58,566 bases of DNA from Craspedostauros australis (taxonomy: Eukaryota), in NCBI GenBank assembly GCA_030167865.1, contig JALAGF010002807.1:1-58566 (forward strand), in the 5' to 3' direction. The notes under the pieces are model-generated. The model did not search any database. It was not told the DNA's origin and saw nothing but the letters and a program-made list of their open reading frames with translations. Numbering within the stretch: position 1 is the stretch's first letter; each line of letters starts with the position of its first letter. Shown in pieces: positions 10,609 to 20,751 of this stretch. The position numbers and the translations under genes were made by a program.

Positions 10609-13600
10609 ATGACGAAGAGGAGGCAGAGATTGTGGAATGAACACAGAGGCGCACCAGACGCAAGAGGACAGCGACAGAAGGCGGATGGCCAAGATCAGGG
10701 CTTCCGGACATGGGTCAGGTCCTTGTCGGTCGATGACCTGCTGGATACCTTGGTCTGCGTGGTCCCCGATGACGAATTCGTGCTCTGGAAGGAGCTGGTG
10801 AGGTTGTGGAAGCCACCGTTGCCACCGGTCCACCCGCGCGCCATGGGCTACCGTCCGGTCGCAAGCCGCGAAGGCGCCCACCTCGATGTCGATTCCACCA
10901 GGGTGAGAGATCCCCCGCAACGCCTGTTCCAGTGGAAGTCCCGCAAGTCTATGCATGCAGATCGCGACAGCAATGGCCGACGACAACCGAGGAGGAGAAA
11001 CGCAAAAGGATCCGCATCCGCTGCATCAACGTCAGTATCAACGTCAATGTCGACCTCAGCAAATCCCACGCTCTACGATGTCGTGTCGAGACGGTTCGTG
11101 ACGGCATGCGGCGATCAGCTCAGCGTCCCGTCTTCACAATCGCAACGAGAGTCCGATGACTGGATCATTCGTCATTCCATGTTTCGCATGGGTCAATCCA
11201 ACGTGGATCGCCAACGACGGACGCGGACTTTCAGCCTCAAGAGACGAACACGCGACCATCTCCCGACCGCAGATGCACTCCTCCGCCACTTGAACAATGC
11301 AACGCGCGGGAACCTCTACACGGATCCATTAGGGGCGTCAAATTCCGATCCACAAGCAGCTGCGAGCGATATCGCAAACGCAGCAGCTACTCTTGACATG
11401 CCATCGTATGAACCATTTCAATCCAATTGGTTCCATCCAACGCAAGAGTGGGTGTCGCTCAGCAAGTGTCTGGCATGCAGGTATCATGCATGTCTATGGA
11501 TTCGGTATCATCATCAAGACGCGTGGGAGAGACAGATGGCGGATGTGAACGATTTTCATGATTCCAATTTCGCAGGCTACACGAGCAACAACCTCGAAAT
11601 TGTGCTGCCAAAGGCGGTTCAGTTCGCCATGAAAGAGTTGCTGCGGTCCATGGATCGCCAACAGATTCTATTTTTGCGTGACACTCTTCTGTGGACCATT
11701 CTGAGGGGCGTCACAGGCCCAACGAGCGCTCTTGTAACAACGCTACGGCTCGCAGAACGCCACTCAATGCATTATCCGTGTCAACCTCACCAGGAGGCAT
11801 GGCAAGATATCCCAATTCATCGAATCGGAACACTATGGGAATTGTTTCATGAGTCGGTGGTACGGCATGCCGAAGAGGAAATGGCCGTGCTCCTCCAGGC
11901 CCAGCTGTTGTTTGAGTTTGATGCCCAGCCGCGTCCCATCGCTGCGGCTGCTGTTGGTACAAGAAAAGGCTCGTCCCAACAGAATCAGCGCCACGGCGCC
12001 GCGTCAAGGAAGAAGACCAAGCAGAAGAAATCGAAACGACGCAGGAACAAGAAATCTGCCCCAACCCGCATGAAGCACCTTTCGACCATCGCAACAGTTC
12101 CTGAGGAGGAAGACTCGATTTCCGACAATGCTCCTTCCACGATTGACGCCAACAGCAACGCTGACAAGTCCGATGCGACGGATCGCAACGGCGCAGCTGC
12201 TACCACCAAGGATAAATCCGGAGATATCACAGCTGCGACGACGACGACGACGCGATCCAATTGGTACGATTGGAAGTTCCCCACCAAAGCGGCGTCCGCC
12301 AGAGAGCGCAATCAGAACATGATCACCGTTCTGACGATCCTCGAACAAGATGTCCTCAACCAAGTGTTCATCAAGGTTGGCTTGGATGCTGAACCAAATA
12401 CGTACGACGACAACAGCAGCAACAAGCATGTCAACAATGCTCACCAAGGAGCAACGCAAAATGGCAATCACTCTTCGTCCGGTGCTTCAGAGCCTCACGA
12501 TCCAACGTTGATGATGCTGAAGAAGGGAAAGCCCGTGCCGTTCCGACCGGAACAACACAAGAAACACAAGTCAAATTCGGGCCCCTTCCTCATCAAACCT
12601 TTGGCGCTTCGAAACAAGCACAAAGCTACTCGCAATCACTTGAACAAGATCCATCCCACGGCAGCAGCATCAGCCACCGTGCCTCCACCCGTGGCATTTG
12701 CTACACAAAGCAAAACGAATACCACGCAAGCAAAACAGCAGCCGCCGCACAAGGGTCAGCACCATCGAATTGTAGCACCAGCAGCTGTCAGACCGCCCGC
12801 AACGAAGCAGGCCGTGGTAAGCGCTGCCCGTGACACCGCAAGTCGCGACGCAAACATCGATTGGCCGTTGTTACCGGATATCGCCAAAGCAAGAAGCTTC
12901 GCCGAGAACGATCCAGGGATGACATGGAACAGCCGCGTCAATCCCTTTTCTCCATCCTCATCGACAACAGCGTTCACGCAGCTATCGTCAGATTTCTTCT
13001 CACCTCCGACAAAGGGATCCATGCCTCCTGCGTCGGCCCAGCTTCATGCTCCCACAGTCGGTTTCCCTTTCGGTATCATGAACGACCATTCCAACGGATC
13101 CGACGTTGATTGGCATTTCGTGAACAAGTATGCGGAACGCGAAAACAGCATCCTCGCCGATTTCTTCCTCACTCAATCCAAGCAGGACGCTGACGATGTT
13201 GAGAATCTTATGGCTGCCTCCACTGCGGCTTCCATTGCATCATCCAACTACAAGGATGCGGCGGCGGAAATCGAAATCGAAGTGGACGCGGACGCGGATC
13301 CTGATGTACATGGCGTGCGTTCGGAAGGAATGGATTCAAATCTAGAGGTCAGCACCATAGGCGACGTGGAGGAAGAGTTGGAGCTCTACGAATCGTCAAA
13401 GGAAGCGCAACACTCGGTTGACACGGTTGAATTCAACAATTCCAACAGCCTCCTCAGCATCCCCACGGACCCAAGTTCGATGCAGTCAGAGCCAGATATC
13501 ATCCTGGAGGAGGAAGAAGATGACGACGATGATGAAGACGACGACGAGGAAGAAATGAAGGAGCGCGATCCTGCGGATGATGCGAGGGGCCTTGGTGCTG

Positions 13601-16272
13601 ATGCCATGCATGCCAAGTTCGACACTGCTGCCAGCAAGGGTATTGCGGGAGCAAACGTGAAACTTGGAGGGGAAAACAATCACAAGACCAAAGATGCGAA
13701 GGCCTTGGAAGCAAAGAATGCCACGCTTGACCACGTTGCGATGAAATCGGGTGTGCCTGCCGCACGAGCGACCATGAAGGTTGCGGCGGTGGTGCGCGGG
13801 GGAGCATCGCCGATGATCACGGCAACAGCAGAAGCAGTGACTCCACCGACGCAGTCACCGGTGCCGATGGGTTGCAGGTCACCGTCACCCGAGGCGCCGG
13901 TCACACCGCCACCGACGCTATCGCCAATATTGGTGTCACTGGCAGATCTTCAAACGCTGAAGCGGTCCGCCTCGTTGACACCGGAGAGAATCGGGAACCA
14001 CAGCTTGAAGTCCAAGAGCGTCAGATCGTACTCTGCCATTGCGAGTGGCAGTCTGCCGGGCAGCCTTCCGAGCTCGCCCGTTCCATCCCAAGGCGCGACA
14101 CCGAAGGAGAGCAGGCCACGCGAAGATCTTTTCCGCAGATCCACGTTCCGCGACGACCACGACATCCGCCAGCGACGACCCATCCGCATGATCGAGCATC
14201 AGAACTCGTACCGCGCGACCGCCATGAAAGGCTTTGCCAAGCCTCTGAAGGCATCGAAGGGCAGCTTGGGTTTGCCATTTCTGGAGGCCGTGCGGAAGGC
14301 ATCACATCGAGAATCCTGCGTGCAGAGTGAAACGGCGGTCGAAGGACTCGCGCAGGATCAGCAATGGAATAGCGAATCGCGTCGGACGTATTCCAATGTA
14401 GCATCCCGGAGCATGACAGATGAACGATCCTTTGCGAAGGATGAAACCACCACGATCACATCTGCACTATCTCAGCGCGAACCGGAAGAGGTGGCGCAAT
14501 TGAGGGAAGAGCGCAACACATTCCGTGACCTGTGCTTGACGTACGGAGCGGAGGTCGCCAAACTGCGATCCATGCTCGCTGCGCAGCAAACGACGCCGAC
14601 GCATCCGGCGTTAGATTACGCTCAAGGCGGGTTCAATGCACCGCATGTGTTCGTGCCGGAGCATGTGGATCCGCATGGAATGCCTGCCTTCTTCCATGGC
14701 AGCATGCAGCAGCATCGCAAGCGGCTCGGTCCCATGAGCGATGCTGGCATTCACCGCTCGGGCGATCACGAATCGCAGGTCAGCGAAGATGAGATGTACG
14801 ATGTGCGTTCTCGCTCGCGTGCGGATACGCTGCGCGGACTGTCGTCGAATCAAACCACCGCAGGTTCAGACGCGTCGGTTGAACCCACGAGCTCTGGTCC
14901 TCTGAATATCAGCAACCTTCAAGCTGGCGTCTCGGTGGGAATGGTGCCCATCACAGATCCTCTCATGAATTCGCATGAGCTGCAATCGCGATTGACGAAG
15001 GATATCTTCCGATTCCTGAACTCCATCAACGGGCAGCTGCGGAAGCAGGCAGCCAAACGTCGCATGGCAATCGAGCGTTTCACACGATTCGTGACCACCA
15101 TCTGGCCTCGCGCGCAAGTGAAGCTGTACGGCAGCCACATGTCCGGGTTGTGTCTGCCGAGCTCTGATCTCGATTTCGTGGTGTGTCTACCCGCTGTACA
15201 CAAGAACGCGCCTGCCTTGGCCCCCGGTGTGCTGGAGGGACGCAATGCCATCAATGAAACGTCGCAGAAGCTCATGGCACGCCAACTCAAGGGCGAATCC
15301 TGGATCGATCCACGATCCATCAAGCTAATCGAACGGACCGTCGTCCCTGTCATCAAGGTCTCCACGAAGGACACGCGCGCGAGGATGCTGCAGCTGGATG
15401 TGAGCTTTGATAGCCCCGAGCACCATGGTCTGGAAGCCAACGAGATGGTCGCGCAGATCCTTGAGGAGATGCCGATGATCCGGCCGCTCGTTCTGCTGCT
15501 GAAGCAGTTCTTGCTGGATCGTAACTTGTTGACAGCGTACACAGGTGGACTATCGTCGTACTGTCTGTTCCTAATGGTGGCACGGTACCTGCAAGATCAG
15601 CCAGCCACCGTCGGCGATTGCGGATCGTTGCTGATGGGATTTCTTGACTTTTACGGCAACTGCTTCAACCCACGAGCGACCGGCATCAGCGTCCGATGTC
15701 GCCAGTACTTCCCGCGGCCATGGACGGTCACACCGTACCAATCTCAGCAGCAACCAGCGCCACCACCGCAGCCTCCGAAAGCACAGCCCGAGTTTTACCG
15801 CCGCAATAGCGAAAGCAGCAAACTATCGCGCAAAACAAGCTTTGCACAAGCGGCACAACAACCGCAGCACCATCCCAGGAAGCAGGAAGCGCAGCAACAT
15901 CCGAAAGCGCAAACGAGGCCGCAATCTCGATCGCAGCATCATCATCAGCAGCACCAGCGCACATTCCATGGCAACCTGGATCACACGAACCGCCCTTTCA
16001 CATTCGATCCGCTGTTCGTGGAGGACCCGCTAAGCCCTGGCAACAACGTCGGACGCAACGCTTTTCGCGTCTTCCAAATCCAACGCGCATTCTCAGATGC
16101 CCACCGTGCCTTGCTGGCCAGTCTGGAATGGGATAGCCACTCCACTGGCGAGGTGTTGCCCACCGACAACGACGACGAGAACACGGGCGGCGGTGCCTTC
16201 TTCGGCGGTATCGAATCGTATCCATTGCTCAAGTGCCTGTTGCAAAGTGAAGACGTGCTCTACGAATTGTAG
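10609..16272 (+). CDS. TRF4/PAPD5 (TENT4)-like non-canonical poly(A) polymerase with very long N-terminal extension, ~1887 aa
   Basis: C-terminal Pol-beta NTase motifs YGSHMSGLCLPSSDLDFVV and LDVSFD, then RPLVLLLKQFL, YTGGLSSYCL and the PAP-associated LFVEDPLSPGNNVGRNAF. Single uninterrupted ORF; first ATG at 10609. Confidence 0.85.
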   Translation: MTKRRQRLWNEHRGAPDARGQRQKADGQDQGFRTWVRSLSVDDLLDTLVCVVPDDEFVLWKELVRLWKPPLPPVHPRAMGYRPVASREGAHLDVDSTRVRDPPQRLFQWKSRKSMHADRDSNGRRQPRRRNAKGSASAASTSVSTSMSTSANPTLYDVVSRRFVTACGDQLSVPSSQSQRESDDWIIRHSMFRMGQSNVDRQRRTRTFSLKRRTRDHLPTADALLRHLNNATRGNLYTDPLGASNSDPQAAASDIANAAATLDMPSYEPFQSNWFHPTQEWVSLSKCLACRYHACLWIRYHHQDAWERQMADVNDFHDSNFAGYTSNNLEIVLPKAVQFAMKELLRSMDRQQILFLRDTLLWTILRGVTGPTSALVTTLRLAERHSMHYPCQPHQEAWQDIPIHRIGTLWELFHESVVRHAEEEMAVLLQAQLLFEFDAQPRPIAAAAVGTRKGSSQQNQRHGAASRKKTKQKKSKRRRNKKSAPTRMKHLSTIATVPEEEDSISDNAPSTIDANSNADKSDATDRNGAAATTKDKSGDITAATTTTTRSNWYDWKFPTKAASARERNQNMITVLTILEQDVLNQVFIKVGLDAEPNTYDDNSSNKHVNNAHQGATQNGNHSSSGASEPHDPTLMMLKKGKPVPFRPEQHKKHKSNSGPFLIKPLALRNKHKATRNHLNKIHPTAAASATVPPPVAFATQSKTNTTQAKQQPPHKGQHHRIVAPAAVRPPATKQAVVSAARDTASRDANIDWPLLPDIAKARSFAENDPGMTWNSRVNPFSPSSSTTAFTQLSSDFFSPPTKGSMPPASAQLHAPTVGFPFGIMNDHSNGSDVDWHFVNKYAERENSILADFFLTQSKQDADDVENLMAASTAASIASSNYKDAAAEIEIEVDADADPDVHGVRSEGMDSNLEVSTIGDVEEELELYESSKEAQHSVDTVEFNNSNSLLSIPTDPSSMQSEPDIILEEEEDDDDDEDDDEEEMKERDPADDARGLGADAMHAKFDTAASKGIAGANVKLGGENNHKTKDAKALEAKNATLDHVAMKSGVPAARATMKVAAVVRGGASPMITATAEAVTPPTQSPVPMGCRSPSPEAPVTPPPTLSPILVSLADLQTLKRSASLTPERIGNHSLKSKSVRSYSAIASGSLPGSLPSSPVPSQGATPKESRPREDLFRRSTFRDDHDIRQRRPIRMIEHQNSYRATAMKGFAKPLKASKGSLGLPFLEAVRKASHRESCVQSETAVEGLAQDQQWNSESRRTYSNVASRSMTDERSFAKDETTTITSALSQREPEEVAQLREERNTFRDLCLTYGAEVAKLRSMLAAQQTTPTHPALDYAQGGFNAPHVFVPEHVDPHGMPAFFHGSMQQHRKRLGPMSDAGIHRSGDHESQVSEDEMYDVRSRSRADTLRGLSSNQTTAGSDASVEPTSSGPLNISNLQAGVSVGMVPITDPLMNSHELQSRLTKDIFRFLNSINGQLRKQAAKRRMAIERFTRFVTTIWPRAQVKLYGSHMSGLCLPSSDLDFVVCLPAVHKNAPALAPGVLEGRNAINETSQKLMARQLKGESWIDPRSIKLIERTVVPVIKVSTKDTRARMLQLDVSFDSPEHHGLEANEMVAQILEEMPMIRPLVLLLKQFLLDRNLLTAYTGGLSSYCLFLMVARYLQDQPATVGDCGSLLMGFLDFYGNCFNPRATGISVRCRQYFPRPWTVTPYQSQQQPAPPPQPPKAQPEFYRRNSESSKLSRKTSFAQAAQQPQHHPRKQEAQQHPKAQTRPQSRSQHHHQQHQRTFHGNLDHTNRPFTFDPLFVEDPLSPGNNVGRNAFRVFQIQRAFSDAHRALLASLEWDSHSTGEVLPTDNDDENTGGGAFFGGIESYPLLKCLLQSEDVLYEL

Positions 16273-16676
16273 ATGTAGATGGGTACTTCGGAGGTTACGA
16301 TAGCCAATCAACTGAGAAGCAGAGCATCCATTTTGACGTTCAGTACAAAGCTAAAACGGGTAAGATCGAAAGAGTACTTGATCTGGCATTCAATGGGGCC
16401 TTCCCATCATCATCAGAGAACTAATGGCGGAAGCCCATCTGCGTTTCCATTCATCAATTGTTGCATTCATTCAATTGTTAGTTTGTGGTGTATTTACATT
16501 GGAAGATGCATCCATGCAGAGCCATGATTGCCATTCTCTGTGGATGACACCGTCGTGATGTCTGTCATCTCTCATCTTGTGTCTGAAAAGGAGGGATGTA
16601 ATAGAGCAGTTGGTCCCCTTTGCCATCCTCCACCACGCCTGTCTGGATTCGCTGGATGGTAATCGTTCTGCACGAT

Positions 16677-18173
16677 TCATCGAGCAGTTTGACACAGCGC
16701 ATTGTAGTGCTGATGCCTGTGATTGCTTGATGGCAGCGACTGCTGATGTTGCGCAGCGTGGTTGCTGATCTTGTCGTTTGGCGGAATCACGAAAGGTTGC
16801 TCCTGCATTGGAACCGATTGAGGCGGGATCAATGTCCCGTTGCCCACGACGGACGGCATGTTCGATCTGCTGCTGTTCACGTTGACTTCGCTGTATGGAT
16901 ATCCAGGCGGGAGCATAGTGGGCGAATGAGCCTGCGGCTGCTGGAACGGGGTGCCCGAAATCGCGGCTGGCTGTTGCGCCGCCGCCAAGGTTGGGACGTG
17001 CACCGAGTTGCGTGGCGTCGAACTGCCGGAATGCGAACCGCCGTTCCATTGAGGATGCGGCATGCCGATGTTGGCAGGTGACGCCCTGTCCATGACGCCG
17101 GAAGCAGGAGGTCCCAGCGTCATCGCGGACATGCTGGATGCCACTGAATCCATTCTGTTCAACGACATGGCCGACGAGACTGGCGTGAGGAGGGGAGACA
17201 CCCTGGAGATGTTGTGCGGCGTGACCCAGACGGGCTGCGAGGCCTTGAGATGTATTTCCAGATCGTCGCTCGTGACGAGCTCGTACATGTAGTCTCCGTA
17301 GAGCGCAAGCGCGGCCTGATGACGCGCCATACCACGATCCGCACAGGAGTCGGTGACGAGGATGGTGCGATAGCCAGCCTCGAAGAGACCGAAGGCGGAG
17401 TGCTGCACGCAGACGGAGGTGATGAGGCCGCAGACCAGCACGGTGTCGATGCCCGACATGCGCAGGACGTCCATGAGGGAGGTGTTGCTGGTGGAGGACC
17501 ACGAGGACTTGGGGATGATGACATCCCCGCCCTGCGGCGTCGCGAAGGTCTCCCACGTGAAGTCGGCGGAATTTGGATCGCAGGGGATTTCATCGCGCAT
17601 GGTCTTGCTCTCGAAGATCTTCATCTGGTGGATGCGGGCGAACTGGACCAGCCATGGAGAATGCGAGTAGCGGTAGTCTGCGCGGACCCAAATGATCTTG
17701 TTGATGTTGCGCTTGCGGCAGGTCTCCACGGTCTGCGCGAGCTTGTCCGGGAAGTGCGGAAAGTCCTCTCGAACGGCCGGGCAGTGCGACCAGTACTCCG
17801 GTTGGACATCGACAACGAGCAGCGCAGTGTTGTCGGCATGCAGTGGCATGGTCGCAATGGTGGATGATGACACTGTCGCGGTCGCGTTCGTTGTTGCATT
17901 TGTTGTTGCCTTTGCATTTGTGCTTGCGGCCATAGTTGCAGCATTGGCCGAAGTCTCTGGTGCAGCAGCACCGTCAGTCATACTTTCGGCTGATGCGTGC
18001 TTGATTGGCAGGGCATCTTTGCCATCGTCAGCAACACAATCGATGGATGCGTTGGATGAGCTGCCAGAAATGTTGGCTCCGCCATCGTCCTCATCATTTG
18101 GTGGGATTTTAATCAGCTGTTCGGAATTCAGCGGAAGCGCGCTGTTCCATTTGAGTTCTGTGTAGACCTCCAT
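16677..18173 (-). CDS. Isochorismatase/cysteine hydrolase family protein, 498 aa
   Basis: ALLVVDVQ (catalytic D), IIPKSSWS (K) and CGLITSVCVQHSA (C) form the D-K-C triad; low-complexity N- and C-terminal tails. Confidence 0.88.
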   Translation of the reverse strand: MEVYTELKWNSALPLNSEQLIKIPPNDEDDGGANISGSSSNASIDCVADDGKDALPIKHASAESMTDGAAAPETSANAATMAASTNAKATTNATTNATATVSSSTIATMPLHADNTALLVVDVQPEYWSHCPAVREDFPHFPDKLAQTVETCRKRNINKIIWVRADYRYSHSPWLVQFARIHQMKIFESKTMRDEIPCDPNSADFTWETFATPQGGDVIIPKSSWSSTSNTSLMDVLRMSGIDTVLVCGLITSVCVQHSAFGLFEAGYRTILVTDSCADRGMARHQAALALYGDYMYELVTSDDLEIHLKASQPVWVTPHNISRVSPLLTPVSSAMSLNRMDSVASSMSAMTLGPPASGVMDRASPANIGMPHPQWNGGSHSGSSTPRNSVHVPTLAAAQQPAAISGTPFQQPQAHSPTMLPPGYPYSEVNVNSSRSNMPSVVGNGTLIPPQSVPMQEQPFVIPPNDKISNHAAQHQQSLPSSNHRHQHYNALCQTAR

Positions 18174-19637
18174 CTTGCGTCGTTCTGTTCTCGCTGTTGC
18201 TCTATATGGTTGCTTTGATGCTGCGATGTCACGCTTGGCCGTGCTTCAACTTCCTCTCAAATGAGTGTGCTCGTCAATGAGTGTTTGCCAATGTCGTGCG
18301 ATGATCCAGATTCGAACTGATCCACGCTTCGTCCTTTCTTGTTTCAATGGGAGATGGCCGAGCGGAGAAAAGTGCGCATCCAAGTTGAGGGTGCATGGAA
18401 TGAGGCAAACATCGGTGAGAGAATGCATGTGCGTGCGAGAGAGACAGGTTGAGCATTCCGATGGGAACATGAGAGCGTGTTTCGTTGAGTGTATGAAATG
18501 ATCACCTACGCAACGCTCCGTCTCCAGAGCTGCCCCCGTCAGCAAGCACACAAACGATTGATTGGGAGTTGCACCATTGTCCTGCCCCCATCGCTTCGTG
18601 ACCTACTTTATCGTTGGCCTTCGTTGACTTTTGTGGTTGCACTGTTCGTGATCTGGTCTCTGGGTGAGGTTGAGGTTGTTGCGCTCAACGAGGTCGACGG
18701 TGATGGCGGCCGTGAATGTTGGGCTTGGGGAGTGTTGTCGCTCGTCGCAGTTTGATATTATGAGGTGACGGAGCGTGGGTGCAGGAGGGTTTCGATGGAG
18801 GGCGAAGAAAGCAGAGTTCTCGCTTGATGGGGTTTATGAATGTGCCGATCGGCAGACGAGAAAAGGAAGGTGTCGTCCCACACGCTGTGTTATGACTGTG
18901 CGGTGTTATGACTTGCTGTGTTGTGATGGAGCGATGTCGACAGGACCCAGAATCCCTCACGACAGCTGTCCACCGATTCTTCTTGCTCTCTCCCATTGCG
19001 CCGCGAACGAGCTCCTTTCCCCACTTTCCCAGCCTTGTTGTCCTCAGACCAGTTGCCGAAAGAAGGATCGGCAGATGGAGACCTGAGCCATCTGGTTGGA
19101 GAATTGTTCCGGGCGCTCCGTAACTGAGACCGCTGATACGGCACGGTCCACCAAGAGAACAATCCCAACAACAGAATTTCGTTTTGGAACAAACCTCTTC
19201 TTCCAAATTCGCAATTCGTGGGTCTCGGTTCTTCTTCCCATTATCCCTATCTATATCAATCGCAAACTAACACATATATTATTTGTACTCGATCTGAAAT
19301 GCTAGGGATACCTACATGTTTCCTCAAAAAAGGAGATTCAGGAATGATGTCAGGCACGTCTCGAAAAACGCGACCTGTTCGGTGACTTTCATCAGGGGTC
19401 GAGGAATCACTTTGATGTGGAATGCTCTGTGCGGCTTTTGTGTCCCGTCTGTGTTCGTCGATGCCAATCAAGATGTGGGTTGTCTCCAAAGCGCGAGCTG
19501 CTCCACGATCTACTGGTGTGTACAACAATGATGCGAGATCGATAAATCTCGTTTGATGTACGCGTATTAGAGTATTATAGTTCATACCTATTGTAGGTAC
19601 TGCCTCTCTCTGGTATGCACCACACCCATGCAAGACC

Positions 19638-20270
19638 ATGGAAATGGCAAGTCGATCGTCTCATAAATCTGTCGATCGTGGAAGGTGGCCCAGACGGCTT
19701 CGCGCATCGTTCGATTGTGGTGCGGTTTGCACGTCCAGAGACTGGTGCGCTTCTTGCCTGACATCTTTGCGCGATCACGACCTTCCCCTTTCTGAACGCT
19801 GTCATCTGTGTATCCATACTCGTACGTACATGGGAGACCATCGTCATTCTTGCGTTTCTCACATCAATCGGCGCGCGATGCTCTTCTCCTTTCCTGTACT
19901 GCGCTGACAATCCGTCGCATTCCTGTGTGGCAGATCGATCTCATCAAAGTCCTTGCAGCGTGCCGGATTGGCGCCATCGTCCACTTCCGCTCCATTCTGC
20001 CACGGCTCTGAACGTTTGGCACACGAAGCAGCGCAGCACAAACAAGCACAATACCACCTCCTCAAGGATGTTTGCATCGCTCAAGGATCGGGTTGAAAGA
20101 AAGATCAACACTTTCAGGTACGAACTAATTGCTCTTGGCATGTGAAGGCGATGGTCAGAGCATGATGAGGTACTGCGAGTAGCCAATCTGTGCTGACCTG
20201 GTCCATCCTTGCGCACTGACATAGGAATTGTAGGCAATGGAGACAGCAGTGGCGATGGGACAAATGCTGA
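19638..20270 (+). other. Putative 3-exon transcript (19638-19821, 19934-20117, 20225-20270): 137-aa orphan ORF or non-coding snoRNA host gene
   Basis: Two intron-like segments, 19822-19933 (GTACGT, pyrimidine run, CTGAC, CAG) and 20118-20224 (GTACGA, CTGAC, TAG). Removing both keeps one frame open from ATG 19638 to TGA 20268-20270. No protein family recognised. Confidence 0.3.
20162..20219 (+). ncRNA. Candidate box C/D guide RNA targeting U6 snRNA
   Basis: Box C ATGATGA 20162-20168, CTGA 20193-20196 and box D CTGA 20216-20219. The 12 nt directly 5' of box D (CATCCTTGCGCA, 20204-20215) are the reverse complement of conserved U6 UGCGCAAGGAUG. No clear C' box or terminal stem. Confidence 0.5.
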
Positions 20271-20751
20271 AGTACCAATAGAGGGCGGATACGAGTGGAG
20301 GAACGGAATAGTCCATCCTTCCTCTCACTCCTGTCGCGCCATGGTGAAGTCGACGCGACCCATCACATCGCTTGCCCATCCAACCGCCCATAAATCCCAA
20401 CACACCATGATCGTATCCAAATCATTCATCCACAAAAACGCGTCCGTTGGTGATGTGCGTCGCGACCATCTTTTTCGTCAGTCGCGGTTGTGAAGGGTCA
20501 CAACCCAAAGAAATGACCAAACCAATGCTCGTCTGAGCACGCGTGACTACGACTCTTTGACTCACGGATACTCGTACATCAAAGATCGCCCACACGCATG
20601 GCACCACCGAGAACAGAACAACAACATCAACGGTATCGACAGAACCAAGGACACCCAAACCACAAGGCAAATACCAGAGCTGGAGAGAGAGAGGGGTGCT
20701 GCAGCAAAAATCATCGCAAGGTTGCCAACGCATTCCAAGTATTCAGCAGGC

